A stretch of 63,940 nt of DNA, counting the filler, from Welwitschia mirabilis (lineage: Eukaryota), in the NCBI GenBank assembly GCA_051453625.1. It is 7 parts of one record of this genome, joined end to end, with 100 filler letters (N's around TTAATTAATTAA, not from the genome) between each part and the next. Parts side by side here need not be neighbours in the genome. Positions count along the whole stretch, not along the records: positions 28,420 to 49,594 come from JBOZIK010000001.1; positions 49,695 to 52,613 come from JBOZIK010000001.1; 5 more parts are not named here. One strand, written 5' to 3'. Made by a program: the position numbers and the translations under genes. Position 1 is the stretch's first letter. Every line of letters begins with the position of its first letter. A model generated the notes under the pieces. It was not told where the DNA came from and searched no databases. It saw nothing but the letters and a program-made list of their open reading frames with translations. Shown here piece by piece: positions 38,039-50,389 of this stretch.

Positions 38039-39629
38039 TTTAGGGTTCTACAATCAATATTATTAAAATCTAAAGAAGACTTCAACAAAGCTCTAATATA
38101 ATTGATAGGATCAAGAACCTTAGAGGGAGGGGTAAATAGGTTCTTTTAACAATACACAACATTATATTCTAAATGAATCCAATATTAAAACAAAAATACT
38201 TATACAAAGTAATTAATTAATCCAAAACATGCATCAAAAAGAAAAATAACAGAACTAAAGATATAATACTAAAAGCACAAAATTACCAAATGAATACATG
38301 TACGATTTATAGTGATTTAGGAAACCCCCTACTCCACTNNNNNNNNNNGATTAGCTTATTCCAAGCTAGATTTGGATTTTCATTACTTCACCAGATATTC
38401 CAGGTTTACCTATGACCTTTACAAATGGACTTTTTTAGGCTTAGTCTCAATCTTTGAATGGATCTTTCAAGGCTTAGTCTTAATCTTTGAGCAAAATTTT
38501 TAAGGCTTAGCCTCAACCTTTGATCGAACTTTTCAAGGCTTAGTCTCAACCTTTCACAATACAAAGTAGTAATATAATGATGCCAAATATGCATGGATAT
38601 CATTCATTCTTGATGCAATGGATTTGATGGAGCTTTTCTCCTATAGATGTAAAATGGATGAAGCACAAGATTTGATCTTGAATGTAAAGATGATATAGAT
38701 GATAGATCTTTCCTGGTTAGAAGTATAGATGTCAAGATACAATAATGAATATCATAAGATTATAGTCCTCATTACTTAGATCTAATAGATTAACATAATT
38801 GAAAATAATTCTAGAGGATTCTATGGTCATCTATCTCTTGGCTGTTTATACTGGAAGGCTTTTAGAGTTTATTACATTTAAAATGTACTTCCAACGACTA
38901 TAAATGGTTAGAAAATGGTTATCCAATGGCTATAAAATGGATACATAATGACTATAAAATTTTACTTTCATTTCGTCTAGTCGACCTCTTAAAAGTCCAG
39001 TTGACCCCATCTAGTGTCATGACTTACACAAGTTACCCAAGTGAGAATTTTGATTGTCACAATATCTTATGGCTTCATGTCTGATCAATTCCATCTAGGT
39101 TTGATTAACCCTAGTCCGATCGCCCACAACAAAATCCAGTCACCCACTTGTCATGACAAAATTCTTTTTAGTTTTCAGCATCAAGTTCGGTTAAGCTCTT
39201 AAGGTGCCTGGTCGACCCCATGATGATTGACTTAGGAGTATTAATTGCATAGTTCTTAGGTTTGGTTGATTGGTTGACCCTTTATAATTAGTTCAGGAGT
39301 ACTATTCCTTGGTTCACAAATCTGATTGACTCCATTATGGGTCTATTCGATCCCTTTTCATTTAGTTCAAGGATACTTTTTTTTAGGTCCTCAAATCCGA
39401 TCGAATCCATAAGAATTTAATTAACCCCTTTTCATTCAGTCTAAGAATAGTGGTTCTCGAGGTTATAGGTTTGGTTGATCCCATTAGAAATCTAGTTGAC
39501 CCCTCTAGATGTAGTTTATTTAGTCTATTTTATTTAGGTGTGGTCGAGTTCTTAACAGTCCAATTGACCCCTTAAGAGGGCATAAGAATTAACAAGTTCT
39601 TAAAAGTCCGATTGACCCCTTAAGGATGG

Positions 39630-40326
39630 CCTTATTTATAGGGTTAAGAAATAAAACTAACACATAAAAGGTGCTGTAAAATGTGCTTATTTACAAAAAA
39701 TAAATGAATGAAATGGACAAAGGTTTGCTGTGAGTTATAGTAATTGTCCTGGCTTTTATCTAGATGACCAAGGAAATGATGGCTCTTTACAAAAGGATGA
39801 CTTAGCAATTCCATTTTTAGTCCATGTCAACATCTAATGTGGTATTTCTAGTGTTGTCATCCTGCCTATCATGGAGAGGACACAAGGGATGACATTCTTC
39901 TTTATCCTTTTGAGTGAGGAGAAGATAGCCTTTTCCATCAATAATCTTTCTTTAAAGATATATGGATCAGAATGTGTCTTAAATGCCTCAAATCATGCCC
40001 AGAATTACACATTTATGAGATCTTCTATCAATTCTCCAAAATCCTCAGAATTGCATCTAAACCTGTGTAAATGTCCTATAAAATAGCTCATAAAAATCCA
40101 TAAAATACACACAAATAGCCAGTGCATTAAGCATCTTATTAATAAGTTTTTAGAATGATCTAATGTTGATATGTTTATTTTCTTGAGCATGCTAATACAT
40201 CTAGTGTGCATTGTATTTATAATCCTATTACTAAGAAAGTGAAAGAGTTATGGGATGTAGTATTCTAAAATATAATGATTGATCTTAAAGGTATAACAAT
40301 ACTAGAAATATGCTTAATTTGAGATG
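39630..40326 (-). repeat. Continuation of the Athila-like LTR beyond the SIRE insertion
   Basis: Reverse-complement similarity to ~50400-51000 (e.g. TTATCTAGATGACCAAGGAAATGATGGCTC vs ATCCTCTGGATGACATGGAGGATGATAGCTC). Confidence 0.6.
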
Positions 40327-41399
40327 NNNNNNNNNNNNNNNNNNNNNNNNNNNNNNNNNNNNNNNNNNNNNNNNNNNNNNNNNNNNNNNNNNNNNNNNNN
40401 NNNNNNNNNNNNNNNNNNNNNNNNNNNNNNNNNNNNNNNNNNNNNNNNNNNNNNNNNNNNNNNNNNNNNNNNNNNNNNNNNNNNNNNNNNNNNNNNNNNN
40501 NNNNNNNNNNNNNNNNNNNNNNNNNNNNNNNNNNNNNNNNNNNNNNNNNNNNNNNNNNNNNNNNNNNNNNNNNNNNNNNNNNNNNNNNNNNNNNNNNNNN
40601 NNNNNNNNNNNNNNNNNNNNNNNNNNNNNNNNNNNNNNNNNNNNNNNNNNNNNNNNNNNNNNNNNNNNNNNNNNNNNNNNNNNNNNNNNNNNNNNNNNNN
40701 NNNNNNNNNNNNNNNNNNNNNNNNNNNNNNNNNNNNNNNNNNNNNNNNNNNNNNNNNNNNNNNNNNNNNNNNNNNNNNNNNNNNNNNNNNNNNNNNNNNN
40801 NNNNNNNNNNNNNNNNNNNNNNNNNNNNNNNNNNNNNNNNNNNNNNNNNNNNNNNNNNNNNNNNNNNNNNNNNNNNNNNNNNNNNNNNNNNNNNNNNNNN
40901 NNNNNNNNNNNNNNNNNNNNNNNNNNNNNNNNNNNNNNNNNNNNNNNNNNNNNNNNNNNNNNNNNNNNNNNNNNNNNNNNNNNNNNNNNNNNNNNNNNNN
41001 NNNNNNNNNNNNNNNNNNNNNNNNNNNNNNNNNNNNNNNNNNNNNNNNNNNNNNNNNNNNNNNNNNNNNNNNNNNNNNNNNNNNNNNNNNNNNNNNNNNN
41101 NNNNNNNNNNNNNNNNNNNNNNNNNNNNNNNNNNNNNNNNNNNNNNNNNNNNNNNNNNNNNNNNNNNNNNNNNNNNNNNNNNNNNNNNNNNNNNNNNNNN
41201 NNNNNNNNNNNNNNNNNNNNNNNNNNNNNNNNNNNNNNNNNNNNNNNNNNNNNNNNNNNNNNNNNNNNNNNNNNNNNNNNNNNNNNNNNNNNNNNNNAAC
41301 GAATTCACACCAAGATTTTGTAGGAAGTAATGTAGAATTTGCACATTAGTAATAAGGTAAAAAATGATGAAATGTGTACCAAATGTATGTTAATAAGGT

Positions 41400-42940
41400 T
41401 TCATGAAAAACAATGATAGTATATTTTCATGTACTTATAAGTATTATGAGAACGTACCATGTATGATTTAGGAAGAATTAACTTATTCCAAGTTAAGGTA
41501 AGTAATGAAAAGCAAATATAAGATGGTGTTAAAAAGAGGAGTTTGGAAGATTATTTCATGTCCTATAGATGTTTAAAACATGATGGTTTCAAGATAGATA
41601 TTTATAATCAACATAAGAAATAAGAAAATTATTAAAAAAACATAAAGTTAAGAATTGTTGTCAAAGGTTTTTCATGAGTTAAAAGAGCTAACTATGAGAA
41701 AATCTTTACCCCCATTGATGGGATAAAAACATTCTATATTCTATTATATATCATGATACGAAGTAGGTGGAACTGATGTCAAATTAATGTAAAATATACC
41801 TTATTGTATGAGACCCTAGATTCTATAATTTATATGGGGTAATTGGAAGGTTTTAAAGTTAGTTCTATGTAGGAAAATTGATTAAATCATTACATGGATT
41901 GAAATAGTCACCTTGGATCTAGTACTAGGTGCTAAGTAAATTCCTATTGGATAATGATTTTTAAAACTTACTCCACAATGTGAATTATTTTCTAAAGATT
42001 CATGAAACAGAGCGTGTACTCTATATGTCCTTTTATGAGAATGATGTGGTAATAAACTACAAAAGGAGGGATGTTTTATTAAGCTTCAAAACTCTTTCAG
42101 AGTAAAACTTTGAACTATCACATATAAGTAAAGCACATCATTTCTTAGAATAAAGATCATTTTAGAAAAAGGAAATGGTTCAAGTATCTTAATAAAAATT
42201 GTAAAATGAAATACTTGAAATGTATTAACTTGAACACATTAAATATGACATAGTTCCATTGAACCTCACATGCACAATATATGAATCTTACTATATAAAA
42301 ACTAATGCTAATAAATGTTATAGAATTATTAAAAAAATAATGCTTAAGTAAAACTAGGATAGACATTGAGATGATAGTAAATCTTCTCTTATTGTTCTTA
42401 ATGAAACTAAATAAGTACCACATAGGAATTATTCCCTAGGTTCTTTAGTACCTTAAGAAGATAAGAGATTTTGGCTTAACTTTTCATCATTCTAATAATT
42501 AGTGTATTATCTACACTAAGTCTTATTAAGGTGATGGCATAGTTTCAAGAAAGTCCAAGACCACTTATGTAATCTATAAAGAAAAGCGTATCATTTCATG
42601 AATAAGCATATTCTTTAAATGGAGCTATAATGTAAGATCTTAGTATTTAAAGTCTACTTACAAAAATTAACATTGATGTGTATAAGCATACTTTTTATTC
42701 TAATGGTAAAGATATAAGTAAAGTCAAAAAGAATATTGCCAATAGTAGGAAGTCTAGTCATTTTAAAGTCCCCATTTTTACTATATGGGATAACTATGGT
42801 ACTAAGATATTTTACATCCCCTAAATTATGTCCAAATCAAATCTTGCTGATGGATTTATAAAACTATTGAATATAAAGAAATTTAATAATTTATTTTACT
42901 ATTGAATTCTCCACCCCATTATTTTAGAAAGTGGTAATGT
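41400..42940 (+). mobile_element. Highly degenerate Ty1/copia RT-RNase H remnant
   Basis: RIVVKGFS*VKRANYEKIFTPI (cf. RLVAKGFTQ.EGIDYEETFSPV), QINVK, SLHGLK*SP, QNLADGF. Purine tract near 42925 followed by TGTTA. Confidence 0.7.
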
Positions 42941-45072
42941 TAAAACTAGTAGCTAATAATAATAAGATTTGTTATTATATAATAATGTAATAGTATAACT
43001 TATGTACATAACCTTTCAAATGGCACAAGTAACCATAAGTTTAATTAAATTTTAAATTATTATTATTTATTATAATTATCAACTTTTCAAAGATAAGCCT
43101 CATATTTTATGCTTAAACAACATAAAGTGATATAAGATGGACTATGTTCAACTTGAAAAGAATAAACCCCATTATATCTATATATGGAATTAATTTCAAA
43201 ATAATTATAATCCTAGTAAAAATCCTTCATGTAGACTTAACCCTCACATAAAAGAAGTAGTAATGAAGAAAATCCTTAAGCTATCAGATGTTGGCATTAT
43301 CTATCTAATATATGATATTACACAAATGATCCTTATAAAATATGAAATTATTATATTTAAAAATGAAAATAATGATTTGATTTTAACTAGAGTACAAATA
43401 GGATAGAAAGACAAATTAACTGTAGCAAAGTTAATACTATGACTAATAAGGATCAATTTCCTTTTCTCTTATTTTGTCTAAATCTTAGAAACTCTTGTAG
43501 GTCATGAGTACTATTGTTTCTTGAATAGACATTCAATATAAATCTAGATAGAATCTAGCCATAATGTTAAGAAAAAATAATACTTGCATGTCCTTTTGGA
43601 ATCTTTACCTATAAAGAATGTTGTTTGGTTTGTATAATGCCTAATCTACCTTAAAACAATGCATTATGAATATTTTCTATGATGTGATTAAAGAATACAT
43701 TAAAGTTTTAATAAATAACTTCTATTTTTATTGAAACTTATAATTACTATCTACATCATTTAGAATCTACTATTGTATATTGTGAGGATCAATATCTTAT
43801 TTCTAGCTTTAGGAACTCTAATTTCATGATAATAAAAGCCATGATTTTAGAATGCATAATTTTTAAGAATAGGATAGAAATAAACCTTGTTAAAATTTAA
43901 CTTATTACTCATCTTTCCTTTTCTAGAAGTGTTATAGATATTGGAAATTTTCTTGAACACATTGGTTATTATGAAATACTAATTCAAGGTATTCATTTAG
44001 GACTTCTTCGAAATTTCAAAATCCTAGACTAATCTTCTCAGTTCTCACTGAGGATGTTTTTCATGAATGAATTCCTAAATGTAATAGTACCTTTAAGGCA
44101 TTAAAGTTTTTTCTAAACCTATCCCCTATCTTACAATGTTCTAATTGGTTTCCTCCTTTTGAATTTTTTCGTAATGAAATTTATTATGCTATAAGATCAA
44201 CCTAGGATTAAAAAAAGATAGGAAATTGTTATTCTATATATTATGTAAGTGAAATATTATAAGGTTATTAAGTGAATTATACAAAAACTAAAAAGAGATG
44301 ATATTAATAATAGTTCTTACCTTGAAAATTTTCAGATCATATCTTATAGATGAAAATTAATTCTCTTTATCAATCAGTTACTCTTAAATACTTTTTAGCT
44401 AAGAAATAATTTAAATCTTTGATGAATAAGATAAATATTACATTTACAATAATTTTATCTTAAAAACAAAGAATTTTATTATTCAAAAAAAAAAAGATAA
44501 ATAAGAAGTACAAAATGTAGTAGTTGATCACTTATCTTGAATTACACATTATTCTTTGTCTCCTTTAGATTCAATACCCATAAATAACTCATTTCTTGAT
44601 TAATATCCTTTAGCTTTGTAAACAAAACTTTTTTATGCTAGTATAGATAATTATCATATTACTCATAAATATTATGATAAATAAAATAATCAAGTGAAGC
44701 TAAATTTTTACATGAAGTAAATTAGTACTTTTGACATGATTCTTATCTCTTTAAATATATTTCAATCAAATCATTCATAGGTTTATTTCATAATATACAA
44801 CTTTAAATATGTTAAAATTTGCACATTATGAAGCGTATGGGTCACTTTTTATTTAAAAGACTTCTCATAAAATCATTCAATCTAGACTCTATTAGCCAAC
44901 TACTTTTTCCTAGACTCTATTAGCCAACTGCTTTTAAAGATGCATATGAATATTACAAAGTTTATAAATGTGAATTCTTAGGTTGCATGCAAAATAAAGA
45001 TATGATGTCTCTTTTTCCTTTTCTTGAATTTGAACCATTTAATATTTTAAAGAATATATTTTATTAGGTTAT

Positions 45073-45137
<65 letters not shown>
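45073..45137. repeat. (CT)n microsatellite
   Basis: Direct read; runs into an N gap. Confidence 0.97.
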
Positions 45138-45237
45138 NNNNNNNNNNNNNNNNNNNNNNNNNNNNNNNNNNNNNNNNNNNNNNNNNNNNNNNNNNNNNNN
45201 NNNNNNNNNNNNNNNNNNNNNNNNNNNNNNNNNNNNN

Positions 45238-45309
<72 letters not shown>
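45238..45309. repeat. (GT)n microsatellite
   Basis: Direct read; follows the N gap. Confidence 0.97.
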
Positions 45310-45312
<3 letters not shown>

Positions 45313-45446
45313 CTACATTGCTAAGTGGCATGAAATTATCCTAATTAAAATATATGATGCTAGAGTTGTTATGAAGAAATAGATTTTTACAATAGAATAA
45401 TAAACAAATTTATGAGAAAATATGAAATAATTTATAAATTTATAAC

Positions 45447-48400
45447 TAGTAGATTACATTTGCCAATTGATGTCAAACTAATTTCTCTTGTGTACTACAA
45501 AAATGTTACATCTTGTGTGAAGATGATATTAAGTTTTACAGGTTAAAGAATTGGATCAAAATGCACCAGAAAAACTACTGAGTTATATTAACCTCTAGTG
45601 AGGATTGACTGGATCCTAAAGGAATCGACCGCACCTAAATCACACAAAAAAAATGAACTAAACCCATAGGGATCAACCAGATTCTGAAGGAGTTGACTGA
45701 TCTATGATCATAAGAGCTAGTATTTCTGAACTGAATAAAAAGGGGTTGATCGGATTTTCATGGGATTGACTGGATTTAAGGAACTGACAGGAAATAGTCC
45801 TAGATTGAGAGGAAAAAGGTTAACTGGATTTTTATGGAGTTGACTAATCCTAAGAATTTGACAGTTCATAGTTCTAGACTGAGAGGCAAGGGGTCGACTG
45901 GACCCAGGATGGGGTTGACTGAGCTCTCATAGAGTCAATCGGATTTTTGTGAGGTTGACCGGATGACACAACAAAGTAAAATTTATAAATATTATGTATC
46001 CATTACTTAACCATCACCTAGTTATTTTCTAGCCATTTATAGCCATTGGAGGCACAATTCATTTACAATAAATCCTAGTAACCCTCCACTATAAATAGCT
46101 CTGTTATTGATGACCTAGAGATCTTTTGGCACTATTATAATTTAGCATAATTATTGTGGATCTAAAAGATTAGACTATATTTTCATTATTATATTATTAT
46201 ATTAATTCATAATCTAATTGAGGAGATCTATCTTTGGTAAAAGAGCTTTGCTCAGAATCAGATCTAAAATCTTTATCATTGTAATCTATTGGAGAAGAGC
46301 TCCATTCATTATACTGCTATCAAACGTGTGATATCTGAGCAATCAAGGCATCATCACATCACATCCATTACTTTCAAAGGTTAAGACTTAGCCTACAAAA
46401 GTTTGTTGTTAAAGGTTAAGACTTAGCCTGAAAAATTCCATGGATAAGGTTGAGACTTAACCTATAAAAGTCTGCTTGTAAGGGTTATAAGTGAACTTGG
46501 CAAAACCTGTAGAGTAACAGAGATCTGAGATCAAGCTTGGGAGAAGCTGATTATTAAAAGTAGAGTAGGGGAGTTCTTGAACCACTATAAATCCTGCATA
46601 TATCAAAATTGGTAGTTTATGTTTTTCTATCTTTTGATTTCATTACAATCAGTCTTCCATTCTTGTTTGTACATTCTTGATTCCATTACTTCTTTATGTA
46701 AATTGTTCATATATAGATTTAATTTTATTTTAGGTGTAAGTATTTGAAAGAACCTATTCACCCCTCCACCCCCTAGGCTTATTGATTTTATCAATTGGTA
46801 TTAGAGCCTAGATTGGTCTTTAAGAGATTTTGTATAGATCTAGACTTAAGAACCATAAAAATGATTTAACTTGGCTGATGGATTTCAACCAGTCATCCAC
46901 CCATGTTCGATGGTTTAAACTATGCTTATTGGAAAGCTAGGATGAGAATTTTTCTTAGATTCCTAGATGCCAATATAGAGGAATTCATATACAAAGGTCA
47001 TGCCATGCCTATGATAACTCAAACAGATGCAAATGACAACACTATCTTAGTCCCCAAATCTAGAGACCAATAGATTCTCACAGATAAAATAAAAGCTACT
47101 ATTGATACCCCTACTCTTAATGCTATTTTCTGTGTAGTATGTGCAAATGAATTTAAAAGAATTATGAACTATAATCATGCAAATAAAGCTTGGGATATTT
47201 TAGAAGTCATCCACCATTAAACAAGTAAAACTAAAAATGCTTATTTCTAGATTTAAAGATAATCATATGGATAATGAATAAACCTTATAAGAAATTTTTG
47301 CTAGGATTATAGATATAATAAACCCAATGGTAAGTCTTGGAGAATGCATGGAAGAAATGAAGATGATAAGGAAAGTATTGAGATCCCTACCCAAGAGATT
47401 TGAATTAAAGTTAACAGCCATTGAAGAAAGCAAAAACATCAGTGCAATGGTGTTAGAAGAACTTTGAGGTAATCTTCAAACCTATGAACTTAAGTTTACT
47501 AAAGATAAAAGAAAAGGTATTACTTTAAAATGTGTGTAAGAGGATTATAGATCTGACAAGTCAGATGAAAAACTTGATGACGATGAAGTGGCTCTTCTAG
47601 CTAGGCATTTCAAAAAGTTTCTTCACAGCAAAAAGAAAGGAGAATCAAGTAGGAATTCAAAGAGAAGTAACCCAAAATAAATAAAAGAGCAATAAAAGAA
47701 AAAGGAAATCCAATGCTACTCATGTAAAGGATTTGAACATATGGCCAATGAATGTCCCAACACAAAGAGAGAAAATAGGAAGTCTAGAAACTCTTCATTT
47801 ATCGTAACTTAGGATAATGAAAATGATGAAGATGAGGAGAACTACTCAGATCATGGTTCAAATAGAGATAGGAAGTTATCTTTCATGGCTCTGGTTACAT
47901 CACTCAAAAATGTGTCTAGTACTTCAATGCTAGATGACTTGGATATTGTTAATGAAGAGGAAGATGAGTTAGAAGATACTTGCCAAGAGTTGTATGAAGA
48001 ATGTGAGAAGCTCACCAAGAAAATAAATGAGTTGAATAAAATGGTGAAGACCATTACAAAAGAAAAGAAGGAAGTAGAAGAGAAGTTCAAGGTGCTCAAA
48101 TCTGACAACATCACGTTAATTACTAAGGTAAATGATCTTTCGTTTATTGTAAATAAGTTTTTTGGTAGTTTATCTAAATCGGAACAAGTGCTTGAAATAT
48201 GAAAACCAAATGGAGATAAATTAAGGATTAGTTTTGGAGCATAAATATTACAAAAATAGGTAAATCAAATAAATATGTTTGTTCCTAATCTATTGTGAAA
48301 TTTTTTATAGTCGATTTGGTCATTCTAAATCTTTTTGCAAAGTTAGACATTTGATGCTTTTTTCTGAAAATGTGAACTCATTGTATTTTAAGTTTATTCC

Positions 48401-49594
48401 AAAAAAAATTTTATCACTTAAGTTAAATAAAACTAAGTGTATTAAAGCTANNNNNNNNNNNNNNNNNNNNNNNNNNNNNNNNNNNNNNNNNNNNNNNNNN
48501 NNNNNNNNNNNNNNNNNNNNNNNNNNNNNNNNNNNNNNNNNNNNNNNNNNCTCAGGTAAATGATCTTTCATTTTTTATAAATAAGTCTTCTGTTAGTTTA
48601 TCTAAATTGGAACAGATGTTTGGAATACAAAAGTAAAATGGAGACAAATCGGGTATTGGTTTTAGAGCATAAATATCATAAAAACAAGTAAAGCAAATAA
48701 GTAAGTATGTGCATAATATCTTGTGCAAATTTTATGGTAGATTAGATCATTCTAAACCTTTTTATAAAATTAGATAGTTGATGCTTTTTTCTGAAAATGT
48801 GAACTCATTATCATTTAAATTTATTCCTAAGAAAAATACACTACCTAAGTCAAATAAAACTAAGTGGGTTAAAGCTAATGATCTCCAAAGCTTTGTGGCA
48901 CAAATAGACTGTAGAAGATCACATTTGAATAGTTGGTATCTAGATAGTGGTTGTTCAATATATATAACAGGAGATAAATTAAGCTTTAAAAACTTAAAGA
49001 GCACAAACGGAGGAGAATTCATTTTTGAAAACAACCAAATAGCAAAATAGAAGTTACAGGAAGCATCAAATGAGGTAAGTTATCTAACCTCGATAATGTA
49101 CTTTATGTGAATGGTTTACATCACAATTTACTAAGTGTTAGTCAACTTTGTGATAAAGGGTATAGAATAATCTTTGATAAATCTAAATGCATAGTTGAGA
49201 ATGAGAAAACAAATGTAGTTATTTTTAGTGCCAAACATATTGATAATGCTTATAGATTAGATGTTAAAACTCTTAATCAATAAATTCATGTAAATTAAAA
49301 TTTTAGAAAAGATTTTGATAAAACTAAATGTTATTCTGTCAAATCTATTAAAACCTTCAATTCTTGTAATTAATTTAACTTTCATGGAAGTGATTTGGAG
49401 GTCATTACACTATCCCTTAGCTAATTGTAGGGCAATTGACTAGATCTATAATTCAGTCAATCGTATGTGGTCAGTCAACCGGCCTAAAAGCCCAGTCGCC
49501 CAGATGCCTTCCAGTACTATAAACTCGCATCTCGATGGGTTGACCGGATATTTAAGAGGTCGACTGAACTTGCAGATTATAATGAGGAATTATA
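45447..49594 (+). mobile_element. Second SIRE-like copia copy (5' LTR ~45447-46793, PBS 46796-46807, disrupted gag-protease ~46861-49280)
   Basis: LTR is homologous in inverted orientation to 32128-33904. PBS TGGTATTAGAGC. HPPMFDGLNYAYWKARMRIFL, IQCYSCKGFEHMANEC, WYLDSGCS, VNGLHHNLLSVSQLCDKG. Confidence 0.9.
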
Positions 49595-50389
49595 NNNNNN
49601 NNNNNNNNNNNNNNNNNNNNNNNNNNNNNNNNNNNNNNTTAATTAATTAANNNNNNNNNNNNNNNNNNNNNNNNNNNNNNNNNNNNNNNNNNNNTATTTT
49701 ATTTTTTGAAATTTTGATGTTTATTTTGAGATATTAGTAGGTGACTTCATTTTTGAGTAATTCTTTGGTCTGATCATTCATTATTTAAAACATTTCTTTT
49801 AAGCATCATCAGAACCACTGCCTTATCGTTTTTCATACATCAATTCATGCATTTTCACATCAAGTGATGTTATGATTTATTTCATGAGAGTCTACTAGGT
49901 TAAAATGACAGATAGGTAGATCATCTTTTGCTTGTATTATCTTATGACCACTTTTTTGTTTTCTTTTATGGTTTGGTTAGTTATTTCAAAGTCATTACCA
50001 TATTTTCTTATCATCATGTTTTTGTTATTTGGTTTTTAATAGAAGTATATTTATTACTTAGTTGAGTTTTCTTACTAAATTTTGTGATGTTTATTTTTCA
50101 ATTTTGTGATGTTTATTTTTGTGATGAAAACCTTTAATTGTCTACTCTTCTTCTTTACTTATTGAAATATTTCATTGATTTATATTTTTCCAATCTAACA
50201 TTACTAAACTTTGTACCTCATTTAGAAAGTTGTCCTCTTTCATCTATTTTCTTTGCTCTATTTTCTAATATGGGATGTATTATTTTTCTTTGGGAGGCAA
50301 GGACTCAGTTTTATGACTCATTTTGAAAAAAAAATATCTTTTAAATATAAATTTTCATACACATTATGCATTACTTATGATGTGTTTTA

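Larger units (their letters stand above)
32128..39625 (-). mobile_element. Sirevirus (SIRE)-like Ty1/copia element with two LTRs, gag-protease and an env-like ORF, inserted in the Athila-like LTR
   Basis: LTRs ~32128-33904 and ~38103-39625 are colinear homologues. Decayed PBS at 38090-38101. Several PPT-like motifs (~33905, ~33965, ~34410). gag YPLMFDGLNYAY*KARM, protease WYLDSGCSRHMSG (~36370-36410). Confidence 0.88.
43200..45400 (+). mobile_element. Degenerate Athila-like Ty3/gypsy pol (RT, RNase H, integrase)
   Basis: RLNPHIKEVVMKKILKLSDVGIIY, KNENNDLILTRVQIG*, TNKDQFP, GHEYYCFL, FGLYNA, NVVVDHLS, and DYIAKWHE after the microsatellites. Confidence 0.8.

Noticed and set aside
45047-45331. 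THTHTH/ERERER ORF
   Set aside because: It is a translation of microsatellites plus a gap.
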